Counted from the first letter of the stretch, positions 18,964 through 28,625 are shown. The stretch is DNA of 64,000 nt from a virus (IMGVR_UViG_3300036942_000148:1-64000); one strand, 5' to 3'. The notes: a model not told the origin generated them from the sequence alone. A program made the numbers and translations.

Positions 18964-19407
18964 GTGGTGGTAGTGAAATATGAAGTAGATATTACAAAGA
19001 ATGACATTGATGATATAGAAGGATTAATAAGCGATGAATTTCTTAAATTATTATATGAATATATTATGTTTGAAAATTATATACCTGATAGGATAGAGAA
19101 TTATAATTTTTATTATATAATAAATACTGAGGAAAAATTAAAAGAAATATTTAAAGATATTGATTTTCTCACTTATTTATTTAGTACAGATTTATATGCA
19201 ATTTCAACAGATGACAAAATTGAAATCTATAATGAATTTAAAGATGATAATGGATTTATTAAGTATTTAATAATTAAAGTTTGTAATCCTGATAGCTTAT
19301 TATTAATAGATTTTAATAAGTATTTCTCTGATAGTGATTTCTATAAAGAATTAAAAAGGAAGATGAAGAAAAAAATCATGGAATCTAAATTAAAGTATAA
19401 ACTATAG
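18964..19407 (+). CDS. paralog array member 4
   Basis: LIDFNKYFSDSDFY..KKKIMESKL. Confidence 0.8.
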   Translation: MVVVKYEVDITKNDIDDIEGLISDEFLKLLYEYIMFENYIPDRIENYNFYYIINTEEKLKEIFKDIDFLTYLFSTDLYAISTDDKIEIYNEFKDDNGFIKYLIIKVCNPDSLLLIDFNKYFSDSDFYKELKRKMKKKIMESKLKYKL

Positions 19408-19413
19408 AAAGGT

Positions 19414-19917
19414 GTGATTAAAATTAATAAGAAGACTATATATAATAAAATATTCACTAATTTAGAAGATTTAAAGGGTGAACTATCTGAATCCTTTTAT
19501 GAAGAACTAGTTAAAATTCAAATAGATGCTAGAAGAGATATTTCTCATTATACATTAATAACTGAAGATGAGAACCTATATGAATTCCTTAAAATTTCAA
19601 GATTAAAAATCTGTAATTCTCTATTTCAAGCTAGTAGAAATAGAGTTAACTATTATATTAGTAATGGTAATATTGATTCAGTTGTAATTGGCGATTATTA
19701 TAATAAAAATGGAAGAATAGAAAAATTATTGATTACTATTGCTACGAATAATAGTTATATTTTATTAATAATAGATTTTAAAAAATATTTTTCTAACAGT
19801 CCTTTCTATAATCAGTTAAAAATGCTAGAAAGGAAAATTATAATGGAGTACAAAATAAAAGACAATCATAATTATGATAGACAAGAGAGGTTGTTATGTG
19901 ATGAAATTAAAATATAG
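19414..19917 (+). CDS. paralog array member 5
   Basis: IIDFKKYFSNSPFY..RKIIMEYKI. Confidence 0.8.
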   Translation: MIKINKKTIYNKIFTNLEDLKGELSESFYEELVKIQIDARRDISHYTLITEDENLYEFLKISRLKICNSLFQASRNRVNYYISNGNIDSVVIGDYYNKNGRIEKLLITIATNNSYILLIIDFKKYFSNSPFYNQLKMLERKIIMEYKIKDNHNYDRQERLLCDEIKI

Positions 19918-20380
19918 TGAAAATTACAATGGTCCTAAATATCCCAAATTATTCGAAGAAGATGAATTTAAAGAATTAAGTGCTCACAGAGTGAATAGTG
20001 ATTATGATATTAATAATGAGATCATAAAAAAGAGATTAAATAGTATCGTATTCGGAAATACTTCTTTTAGTCATTACTTTACCCATTATAAAGTAATAAA
20101 GAAAGAAGAGAACCTTAGAAAGATAATAGATTACATGGATCTTGACTATGACTCTTTTTATGATGATACGTATGTATTTTTTGATAGGAACGATGTAGAT
20201 AATTATTTCTCAAAAAAGAATACAGAAACTGGAGAATTTGAAATATTAATATTAAAATATTTACCTCAATCCTTACTCATTATAGATTTTACTAATCAAT
20301 TTAAAGATTCTAAAATTAGAAAGGAATTCAATAATACAGTAAAGAAAAAAGTAATGGAAAAGAAACTTACCAATAAGTAA
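19874..20380 (+). CDS. paralog array member 6
   Basis: IIDFTNQFKDSKIR..KKKVMEKKL; true start probably about 19898-19901. Confidence 0.78.
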   Translation: MIDKRGCYVMKLKYSENYNGPKYPKLFEEDEFKELSAHRVNSDYDINNEIIKKRLNSIVFGNTSFSHYFTHYKVIKKEENLRKIIDYMDLDYDSFYDDTYVFFDRNDVDNYFSKKNTETGEFEILILKYLPQSLLIIDFTNQFKDSKIRKEFNNTVKKKVMEKKLTNK

Positions 20381-20404
20381 TCTGGTAAGTTTCTTTTTTT
20401 TTTT
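20358..20404. terminator. bidirectional terminator
   Basis: AAAAGAAACTTACCA/TGGTAAGTTTCTTTT flanked by T-runs. Confidence 0.8.
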
Positions 20405-20542
20405 GGTTGCCGTAAAGGCTCTAATCATAATCAGTTGTCGCATTTAAGACTCTAATTTAATTAGCAGGTGGACGGCGTATTCCACATCTCTTTATCCAAC
20501 CATTAAGGTAGCGATAGTTGCCTGTTCTATCCTCTGCTAATT
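20405..20542 (-). ncRNA. candidate novel structured small RNA
   Basis: Begins at a late-promoter +1; AAUUAGCAG/CUGCUAAUU closing stem, three internal hairpins, two repeated AUUAGA-hairpin-AAC units; no ORF. Confidence 0.55.
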
Positions 20543-20553
20543 ATTCATTTGTT
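20542..20553 (-). promoter_or_regulatory. late-type promoter overlapping the beta stop codon
   Basis: AACA AATGAA TA. Confidence 0.6.
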
Positions 20554-20629
20554 ATTCTTCATATATTTCTCTAACTTTCTCTTTTAGATTTAATATGATC
20601 TTATTAATATATAGCAAGTAATAAACATC
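20552..20629 (-). CDS. rpoB: RNAP beta exon 4 (absent from ORF track)
   Basis: DVYYLLYINKIILNLKEKVREIYEE* after omega-G 20630. Confidence 0.78.
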   Translation of the reverse strand, partial: DVYYLLYINKIILNLKEKVREIYEE

Positions 20630-20867
20630 CAATTATTAATTTATTAACTTTATATTTCTATAAAGATTAGACTATATCATTATCCTTTTTTGAAGGATAT
20701 TCCCTATTTCCACTATAATATTAGTGTACTCTCTTTCGAGATAGTCGTTGAACATTCTTATTAATTTATAATAAGATTTGCTGCTGATTGTCCATTAATA
20801 ATGGATATCCCAGCATTTAAAGGAATTTTTCATATAATATTACTATTATAAGGCTCAATGTTTATTT
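20630..20867 (-). ncRNA. group I intron beta-I3 (ORF-less)
   Basis: P1 GCUUAA/UUGAGC; AATGCTGGGA, AATCAGCAG, GTTCAACGACTA, GATATAGTC on minus strand. Confidence 0.88.
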
Positions 20868-20998
20868 AAGCGTCATTCTACTTACTATACTTAATGGAGA
20901 ACAAATTGCTTCTATTTTATCATCTTCATCATTTTCTGTATATGGAGCATTTTCTTCATCGAATATATCTCCGATTATACTTTTGAGGGCGATATTAA
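20868..20998 (-). CDS. rpoB: RNAP beta exon 3 (absent from ORF track)
   Basis: (F)NIALKSII...SPLSIVSRMTL; restores GDKFTFNIALK and SRMT. Confidence 0.88.
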
Positions 20999-21245
20999 CG
21001 TTTTTCTTTATATAAGATCGTTAATCTTACATCATAAAGCTATATATTTCTATATAGACGAGACTATATCAAAATCCTTAAATTAAGGATTCCCTTTATT
21101 TCTAATAGACTTCTATTATAATATAGTCGTTGAATGTTCTTATTATTAAATTATAATAAGATCCACTGCTTATCATCCAATTAAGGAGTTTCAAGCAATT
21201 AAAAGGGTTTAGACATACTATCACTAGTATGAATCACTAAAATTC
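20999..21245 (-). ncRNA. group I intron beta-I2 (ORF-less)
   Basis: AATTGCTTGAAA, GATAAGCAG, TTCAACGACTA, GATATAGTC; P9.0 GU/AC before omega-G 20999. Confidence 0.9.
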
Positions 21246-22434
21246 ATGTAAATTTATCGCCGACTTCCATATAATCTTTATAAGTTATATAATAGACAAT
21301 CAAAATACCATTGACATCCTGACCATTTATCTTATCTTGATCAGTCTGCTTGACAGTAGGAAGATTCATCTTACTTCTAGGAATCCCTTCTTTTTCAGCC
21401 ATTTCAATTCTCTTATCAGTTCTCTCTTTAAATGTTTTAATTAGTTTTTGAATTGATTTAGACATCTCTTCTAAAGGTCTATTATAATATATTTCAACGT
21501 CAGAAACTGTTCCAGTGTACTTACTCTTTATTATATTTTGACCCATTTTATCTATCTCTTCTTCAAACTCTTGACCGAGTTTATCGAGTAGTTCATTAGC
21601 TTCATCTTCATCAAAGGCACTTTCAAACACTAATAGTGGGTCTCCATTCTTAACTTTAGCACCTTTCTCAGTATAATCCTGAATCACTGTACTAGCACCT
21701 AAGTTTATCTCCTTCTTCATGGTAATTTCAGTAGCCATGTCTTCAGAAAGGTTTCTAGTAATCATAGCACTATCTTCATAGGTTCTATCATTGCTATGGA
21801 TAGCTACCTTAGCGAGAGTTCCACCCACTAATTCAGAATCTTTCTTACCACCTTTAAAGAACTTGTCATTTTTAGATAATACATCATTCTTATCGAACTT
21901 TTCTCCTTCTTTTACCGTTGAGGTGTGTTGATTATTTGTATAAAATCCTGAGTTTGAATTCTTCCCCAAGACAGGACTTAAATCGATAAGGTCTTTTTCT
22001 CCATTATCGTATTTAACAATCATCAATTGATTTTTTTCATCTATTTTTTCAACTTTACCACTATCTTTAGCTTTAAATACAAAATCATCATTCAATACTT
22101 GTGGCATAGTCTTCTCTACTCCACTACCAACTAATAACTTATCCTGCTTATCAGTATTGATAATATGCTTAGATTGGATGGAAGTCATCTGAATTCTCTG
22201 AGCATCAGATCTAGTAGCAGTGAAACTATTGAACATTTCTGAAGGAGCTAATATATCAGCAGCAGTTAGATCCTCTACAGATTTACTAGTATCAATTATT
22301 CCTCTAGTATTTTCAATAGAAGCATTATAACTCATTTGTCTAACATTACCAACTTTACCACTATCAGGAGTATTAATACTAAACGTACCAAACATACTCT
22401 CATCATAAGCTTTTTGTTCTAATGTAAATGATCT
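21246..22434 (-). CDS. rpoB: RNAP beta exon 2
   Basis: RSFTLEQKAYDESM, TPDSGKVG, DAQRIQM..QSKH, TYEDS, VGDK. Confidence 0.92.
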
Positions 22435-22673
22435 CGTTTATATTATTATAGATTCATTAAATCTAAACTATATATTACTATATAGACTAGACTATATCAT
22501 TATCCTTATAGAAGGATACTTCCTTTTTCCATTAGATTTCTAATGTACTTTATAGTCGTTGAACGTTTTTTATTAGAATATAATAAAAATACGCTGCTTA
22601 TTGTCCAACTGGAGTTCTAAGCAATTAAGGAAATTTTCATAAATTATTACTAATTTATGCAGCTCTTGTTAAG

Positions 22674-24047
22674 TTAGTTTAAAAAATCAAATTCCTCAAA
22701 ATAAGATGAATTATTTTTTAGATAGTATTTATTTTCATTTAAAACTTCATTTTTATTTGGATTGAAATAATATAAATCATATATATCTATTACTGCTGGA
22801 TTTATTTTATTATCATCTAAAAATAAATTATCTATTATTTTATTTATATTCTCTTTATTCTTATAAGATATTCTTATAAAATGATAATCATTATCTTCAA
22901 CCCATTTATTTTTAGTCCAATCTCTTTTAATACTATCTTTGCTAGTAAATAAACATTTTTCAAAATGTTGAGCACCATCGTATTCAATAATAATATTATT
23001 ATTAATTAATAAATCCATTGATAGGGTATTTATATATTTTAAGTCTTCAAATCCTTTCTCTGTCTCAAAATCTATATTTTTATTTTCTAAAATGTCAATT
23101 ATTGTTAACATTGCTTTTGAAACAGGAGTTTTACAAATTGGGCAACGAGTTCCTTTATTTAAAAATAAATTAGGAGTTGGATACCAAATATGTCCACACT
23201 CTTTATGTTTTGTTTTAACTCCTGTGCGTGTATTATAATATTCTCCCATTATTTCATATCCTTCTGAAACTTCATTTACTTCTTCGATATACATTTCAGT
23301 ATTTTTATGAAGTTTTCCAGAACATCTTGGACAACCAAATGCATCTGTTTTATTTCTTTGAGCCCAATAATGAACCGTTTTAGGATATCCTTTCCACTCA
23401 AATCCACATACTTGACATTGTAGAAAACATTCTTCTCTATCTTTTGTATAATTATCTATTATTTTAATACGATTTTTAGTAGAATTATCTAATCTTTCTT
23501 GCATAACTTCTTCTGTAATAGTTATTGTCTCTCGACAAACAGTACAAGTTTCTTTGAATTTATCTTGATTTCTTGATCGTATAAATTCAGATGGTAAAAT
23601 TTCAAACTTACTATCACAAACATCATGTAATAATTCTACTTTTGTTTTTCCATCAACAAATTTTGAAAGTAAAGTATAATCATTATCATATAATTCTTTT
23701 ATTCTTGTTTTAAATATCTTTTCAGTTAATTTATGATAATCTTTACCTCTTGTATCTATATTATAATCATTTAATCTTCTTTGAATTAAAGCAATAGATA
23801 CATTAAAATGATTGGCTACTTCTTTTTGAGTCATTTCTTCATCTTTATATAATCTTTTTAATTCATCTTTTGGAATATGCTTTTTATTTGATCGTGTTTT
23901 TATATTATATTTTTTCATCTTTCTTCCAATTGTACTTGATCCACAATCAAAATAATTAGCAAGTTCTTTTTGAGTCATTTCTTCATCTTTATATAATCTT
24001 TTTAATTCATCTTTTGGAATTTTGATTTTTTTAACCATATTTGTCAC
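22674..24047 (-). CDS. intron-encoded homing endonuclease (HTH repeats, Zn ribbons, Vsr/PD-(D/E)xK-like domain)
   Basis: Two HTH units, several CxxC/HxxC motifs, DLLI..IIIEYDGAQH..RD..KN..IRISY. Confidence 0.82.
   Translation of the reverse strand: MTNMVKKIKIPKDELKRLYKDEEMTQKELANYFDCGSSTIGRKMKKYNIKTRSNKKHIPKDELKRLYKDEEMTQKEVANHFNVSIALIQRRLNDYNIDTRGKDYHKLTEKIFKTRIKELYDNDYTLLSKFVDGKTKVELLHDVCDSKFEILPSEFIRSRNQDKFKETCTVCRETITITEEVMQERLDNSTKNRIKIIDNYTKDREECFLQCQVCGFEWKGYPKTVHYWAQRNKTDAFGCPRCSGKLHKNTEMYIEEVNEVSEGYEIMGEYYNTRTGVKTKHKECGHIWYPTPNLFLNKGTRCPICKTPVSKAMLTIIDILENKNIDFETEKGFEDLKYINTLSMDLLINNNIIIEYDGAQHFEKCLFTSKDSIKRDWTKNKWVEDNDYHFIRISYKNKENINKIIDNLFLDDNKINPAVIDIYDLYYFNPNKNEVLNENKYYLKNNSSYFEEFDFLN
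23820..24020. repeat. about 57-bp identical direct repeat at 144-bp spacing within the endonuclease gene
   Basis: Both copies encode IPKDELKRLYKDEEMTQKE. Confidence 0.85.
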
Positions 24048-24063
24048 ATCCTCTAATTTTTAT

Positions 24064-24075
24064 TATATAATTGTT
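24064..24075 (-). promoter_or_regulatory. late-type promoter inside intron, driving the endonuclease
   Basis: AACA ATTATA TA upstream of the AGAGG RBS. Confidence 0.7.
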
Positions 24076-24111
24076 AGTATAGAGGTTGCAACGGTCAATT
24101 TAACATTTTGA

Positions 24112-26865
24112 ACTGAGGTTCTGTCCTGAAGGTCCCGAATAAGAAGAAGCGCCCATTGATTGGACTTCGATAAAAGGATTCAGAATAGAATATTCATTCA
24201 CATTAGGTTGGTCTAAAATAGATTTTACAACTTCATCTTTCTTAACTGATATGTTAACATCAGTATTTCCACCACGTCTAGCATCTTTATATTTTCTAAA
24301 AGCATCTGCCATAGATTTATAAAGAATAGCGTTAACTTGTTCTGCTCCACGGAGTCTATAATTTTCCATACTATTCTTATCTTTATAAGCATTATTAGTT
24401 AATAACTCATTAGCGTAAAGCAACACTCCCACGATATCAGTAGGTTGATCTAAATCTTCTAACACGTCTTCAGTAATGGGATCAATGAATAAATCCATGA
24501 TGTTATTAAATGTTTTACCTTTTAATCTACTTCCATATAAATCTTGGAAGAAATCTAAATAAATAGTCTTTTCATTTAATTTATCGAATTCTACTTCTTT
24601 AGTGGGAGGCTCATAAAGTCCATTAAGAAGCATACTATTTCTAAATGGTTCGTTAGAATAATATAAATAACCATCTGCAAATTCCACCATGTTATATTTA
24701 GAATCTTCTTTGGGAGGTAAATTCTTCTTATCTTCAGTAAATTCATAATCAATATCATACCTATCTAAAACATTTTCTAAACCTTCATAGAAGCCTAATA
24801 ATAAAATAGTAGGAACTTTTACGTTACCAGTTCTCACTCTACTATATACAAATCTATTACCAGCATTTTTACTATTTACTTTAGCATCAATATCTTCATC
24901 AAACTCAGAAATCAAGTTAGTTATAGTGGAATATAAATTACTACCTATATCATTTTTCTTATTACCATTCAAATAAGTAGAGAATACGTTGAATTCTTTC
25001 TTATTCATCACCAATAGCTCTTTATCTTCATCGTTATAACCAAGAACTATCAGATCCTTATCATCTTCAACTTTGTCCAGTGCTTTGGTGTAATCTACTT
25101 TTTGTTTGTTTTCTATTTTTTCTATAACTTTAGATCTATCAAAGAATATATAATTATCTCCAATCTTAATTGAAATCATGTATTGAGATAGATCGTCATA
25201 TTCCAGTGGATTATTATAATCTTCATTATTCCTCAATGCGTTTCCTTTTTCTACAGTTATTCTATTATAGTTCTTGATTTCTTCCACATTATCTACTAAT
25301 TGCTTTCTAAGCTTAGTCATATTCTCACTGACATTAGTTCCAAACCTATTCATAAACATCTTACTGTAATTGCTAACCATCTGAACTTCATCTGGGTTGA
25401 TCTTAGTAATAGGTTTAGGGAATATCTGCTTCTTGATGAATTTCTTACCACCATTGATATAGAAGAATTGACCGTTCTCTACAATAGGAACATCTACTGA
25501 AACGGTATGAGTTTGTCCGTTAACATCAGAAAACTTTATAGTGTAAGTTTCTTTCTTATTGAACTCGTCAGAAGTATCATCTTTTTCGAAACTTTCAAGG
25601 TAGACAGGAAATTCTTTATCATCATTGAAACCAGTAAGAATTGCAGCTTGATCCTGTTCGAATTGCTTTTCCATATAGTTTCTATCAAAATCTTTCATAG
25701 TAGATTGCTTCAGATCTTCATTGATCACGTCAGCTTCTATATTTTCCTTATCTATTTTTTTAGCTTGAAAGTTTTCTAATATTTCTTCTATAGTCTTTCC
25801 AGAATCCATTTTAATCTTAGCTTGTTTGTCAGATAATTCATCTTTCCTCTTATCTAACACTTTCTGTTGATTGTTAGATATTCTCTTTTCATTAACTTTC
25901 TCTATATATTTTTTAAATTCTTCGTTATCTTTTAAGTTTTCTATGATTTCATCCTCATCAACTTCCTGCTCACCTTCAGGAACTTCCTCATCAACTAGTT
26001 GTCTCACTTTCATGAAGTGTTCATTATTAGAGTTAATATCAAATAAATCAGATATCCTTCTAGCTATCTCATCTTTTATTCTTTCCTTACCTTCTTCATC
26101 TTCTGTCTGTTTTTCAACTTCTTGAGTTTTTTCAGTCTCATTATCTTGCTTAATATTATTCATAAACTTTTCTAATTGTGTATTAAATCTAGCACGGTTT
26201 ACTTCCCCGTCTATCTTAAACTTCATCCACAATTTTTCTCTAGAGTTGTACAAAACAAAAGTGATATTTTCGAACCTTCTGTTCAATAGGTTCCTAGTAT
26301 TAACCCATTGGTAGATAAATGATAGAGGATGAGTGAGATTACTCCTATCGCTGTAGTCATAATATTCATTAACAGGAACTATGCAGTAAGCATTATCTCT
26401 ATGAGGAACTTTATTTTCATCTAATACTTGGTGTAAATAGTCTTCAAACATATTCACTTTCCGTTTCTTCTCGTACATCACCCTTTGGAAGAAACCATTT
26501 ATATTAGGAGAAAGGTCATAAAAATAATTAATATCTTCATAGCTATCTAAGTTCCTTTTAGTCGTCTTTATATATTGGAAATTCTTCTTTAAATATTGGT
26601 AGTACTTCCTCCTATCGACTCTTATTTTAGTACCTCTAATTAGATCAGAATCTATATATCTATTAACGTAATAACCAGTTATTAATCTAGGGTAAAATAG
26701 TTCATTCTTTATCAAATCTTCTAAATCAGTTTTCTCTTTAGAAAGATTAAAAATTACATAATTATCATCATTATCTTTATCGTTAAAGATAAGTTTGTTA
26801 TAATTATATAAGTATAAATTTTTCAACTTTTTTATAGAATACACTAAATATGCACTTCCTTTCAT
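24112..26865 (-). CDS. rpoB: RNAP beta exon 1 (with long N-terminal extension)
   Basis: VDVP..GQFFYINGGKKF, NYRLRGAE, LNPF.EV, GPSG; spliced beta is 4152 nt, 1383 aa. Confidence 0.9.
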
Positions 26866-26885
26866 ATATTATCTCATATAATATT

Positions 26886-26897
26886 TATATAATTGTT
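26886..26897 (-). promoter_or_regulatory. late-type promoter AACA-N6-TA
   Basis: AACA ATTATA TA upstream of beta. Confidence 0.7.
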
Positions 26898-27009
26898 AAG
26901 TACATTTTTTAACTAATTTTATAAACCTATATTATAATAGTGATTAGAAAGAATTTTGCTATAGCTATGGCAAAGTAAATTAAACAAAAAAATTTATTTC
27001 TAATCGAAT

Positions 27010-27021
27010 AACAAAAATATA
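27010..27021 (+). promoter_or_regulatory. late-type promoter AACA-N6-TA
   Basis: AACA AAAATA TA. Confidence 0.6.
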
Positions 27022-27049
27022 CTTTATAGAAATCCTAGGAGGGATTATT

Positions 27050-27913
27050 GTGGCAAAGAAAATTACTATTAAGAAAAAGAAGCAAGAAGAGGTTAAAGAA
27101 GAAAAGAAAGTTGACCTGAAGAAGAAAGACGAGCCTAAAGAATCTAAGGAAACTGAAGAAAAGACAGAAGAAGTAGTAGAGAAATCTGAAGAACAAGTTC
27201 AACCAGAACCTAAAGAAGAAATCAAGATGCCTAAAAAGACTTCCAAGAAAGAAAAGAAGTCTGATGCTTCTAATAAGGTAGCTAATATCTTAGCAGAAGT
27301 AGTAGGTAAATTTGTTGATGACGCTGATAAAGAAGAAATTCAATCAGTAGCTAAAGAAGTTTATGACGAATATACTACTGAGCTTGATCTTGAAGAAAAC
27401 GTTCAGAGAGTTGAAATTGTTAAAGAAGGTAGAGTTAAGCGTGACGAGTTAATTCACTTATTCTATCAGAGATGTTCAGACAATGGAATTAATTTACCTT
27501 CACTTAAATTAGCTAAACAGCTAATCGAGATCTTTGAAGGCATCATTCTTGATATTACTTCTCCTGAGAATAAGAGTAACGTTACTGTATTTAACTCTTA
27601 TTTAAAGTATGAAGAAGTTGGTAGGATTGTCAATAATCCTCCAAAGACTGATTATAAAACTCTTAGAGATTATTCAGCTAAGAGAAAGATGAATCAGTAC
27701 GTTGAAGAACCAACTGTATATCACGGTAAAGAAATTGATGATAAGTACTTTGCTGTTAAAGTTCCTGAAGAAGAATTCAAGAATGGTGCTAGAGAATCAT
27801 TTGCTGTATTAATTAAACCAGAAGAAAATCCTGGTCTGAAAGACAAAGTTAAAATCAAAGTGAATGATGATAATGAGTTCGAAGAGTATCTTGAGGAGAC
27901 TGAAGAAGAGTAA
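27050..27913 (+). CDS. putative HU/IHF-like DNA-binding protein with K/E-rich N-terminal extension
   Basis: KRDELI...LKLAKQLIEIFEGII..V.VF...RIVNNPPKT follows the HU pattern. Confidence 0.5.
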   Translation: MAKKITIKKKKQEEVKEEKKVDLKKKDEPKESKETEEKTEEVVEKSEEQVQPEPKEEIKMPKKTSKKEKKSDASNKVANILAEVVGKFVDDADKEEIQSVAKEVYDEYTTELDLEENVQRVEIVKEGRVKRDELIHLFYQRCSDNGINLPSLKLAKQLIEIFEGIILDITSPENKSNVTVFNSYLKYEEVGRIVNNPPKTDYKTLRDYSAKRKMNQYVEEPTVYHGKEIDDKYFAVKVPEEEFKNGARESFAVLIKPEENPGLKDKVKIKVNDDNEFEEYLEETEEE

Positions 27914-27950
27914 TTAAATATTAATAAAGTAAGAATAATGTTTTGTCCAA

Positions 27951-27989
27951 CCCGTCTTTATTAAATTAAGGACGGGGAATTATTTTTTT
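27951..27989 (+). terminator. intrinsic terminator
   Basis: CCCGTC/GACGGG then T-rich tract. Confidence 0.65.
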
Positions 27990-28015
27990 GTAATAAACTA
28001 GGAGGTATATTTATA

Positions 28016-28573
28016 TTGCTTTTAAATAACAACTCACTGAATCTAAATAAATTATATGAAATGAAATATAAAACATTTTCTAAATTCGATAACCTTAAAA
28101 AGTTCAGTAATAAAGATACTTACATTCATAATCTTGATAGGTATATTCTTCATACATTAGAAGAAATGGCTGAGGTTCAGTTGGATGAAGATGATAGAGA
28201 AGAGTCAATTGATGTTCTATTATATTTAGGCACTATCTATTCTTTCATATCAAAAACATTAGAAAATAGTTATGATGTTTATTCAAGTAAATTTAATAAA
28301 GTCACTATTATAGATGTCAATTATAAAGAAGACGAACAAGAAATAATGAACAATATTTTTATTAAGCTTATGCAGATCAGAAGGAAGTTCCCAGAAAGAA
28401 AGTGGCACAAAAATATCACTGTTGATAGTGAAAAACATAAAGAGAGATTAATAGAATCTAAAGAGTTATTAGAAGAATGCATAACTCTAATATCGATGAT
28501 AATCAAAAACAAGTGTGAAGATGAAAATGAGTTCAATCAACTGATAGAAGAAAAGCATAATAAACTTCATTAA
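28016..28573 (+). CDS. all-alpha NTP pyrophosphohydrolase (MazG / dimeric dUTPase-like)
   Basis: LEEMAE..REESIDVL (EExxE..ExxD) and RKWHK. Confidence 0.6.
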   Translation: MLLNNNSLNLNKLYEMKYKTFSKFDNLKKFSNKDTYIHNLDRYILHTLEEMAEVQLDEDDREESIDVLLYLGTIYSFISKTLENSYDVYSSKFNKVTIIDVNYKEDEQEIMNNIFIKLMQIRRKFPERKWHKNITVDSEKHKERLIESKELLEECITLISMIIKNKCEDENEFNQLIEEKHNKLH

Positions 28574-28575
28574 AT

Positions 28576-28587
28576 AACAATTAAGTA
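28576..28587 (+). promoter_or_regulatory. late-type promoter overlapping a terminator
   Basis: AACA ATTAAG TA. Confidence 0.65.
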
Positions 28588-28625
28588 ATGTATAGATTTT
28601 ATTATACATTACTTATTTTTTTTTT
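28582..28625 (+). terminator. intrinsic terminator
   Basis: TAAGTAATGTATA/TATACATTACTTA then T-run. Confidence 0.8.

Larger units (their letters stand above)
22435..24111 (-). ncRNA. group I intron beta-I1 with endonuclease ORF in its 5' peripheral loop
   Basis: Core after the ORF: AATTGCTTAGAA, AATAAGCAG, GTTCAACGACTA, GATATAGTC; omega-G 22435; splice gives GPSGQNLS-RSF. Confidence 0.88.

Noticed and set aside
20405-20420. GGCAACCA end suggesting a tRNA or tmRNA CCA terminus
   Set aside because: No T-arm (GTTC), D-arm, acceptor stem or tag ORF
7308-26865. Stop-codon reassignment or pseudogenes as the cause of fragmented DNA pol and RNAP ORFs
   Set aside because: Every break coincides with a complete group I core, and splicing restores the motifs; TAA, TAG and TGA all end normal genes elsewhere
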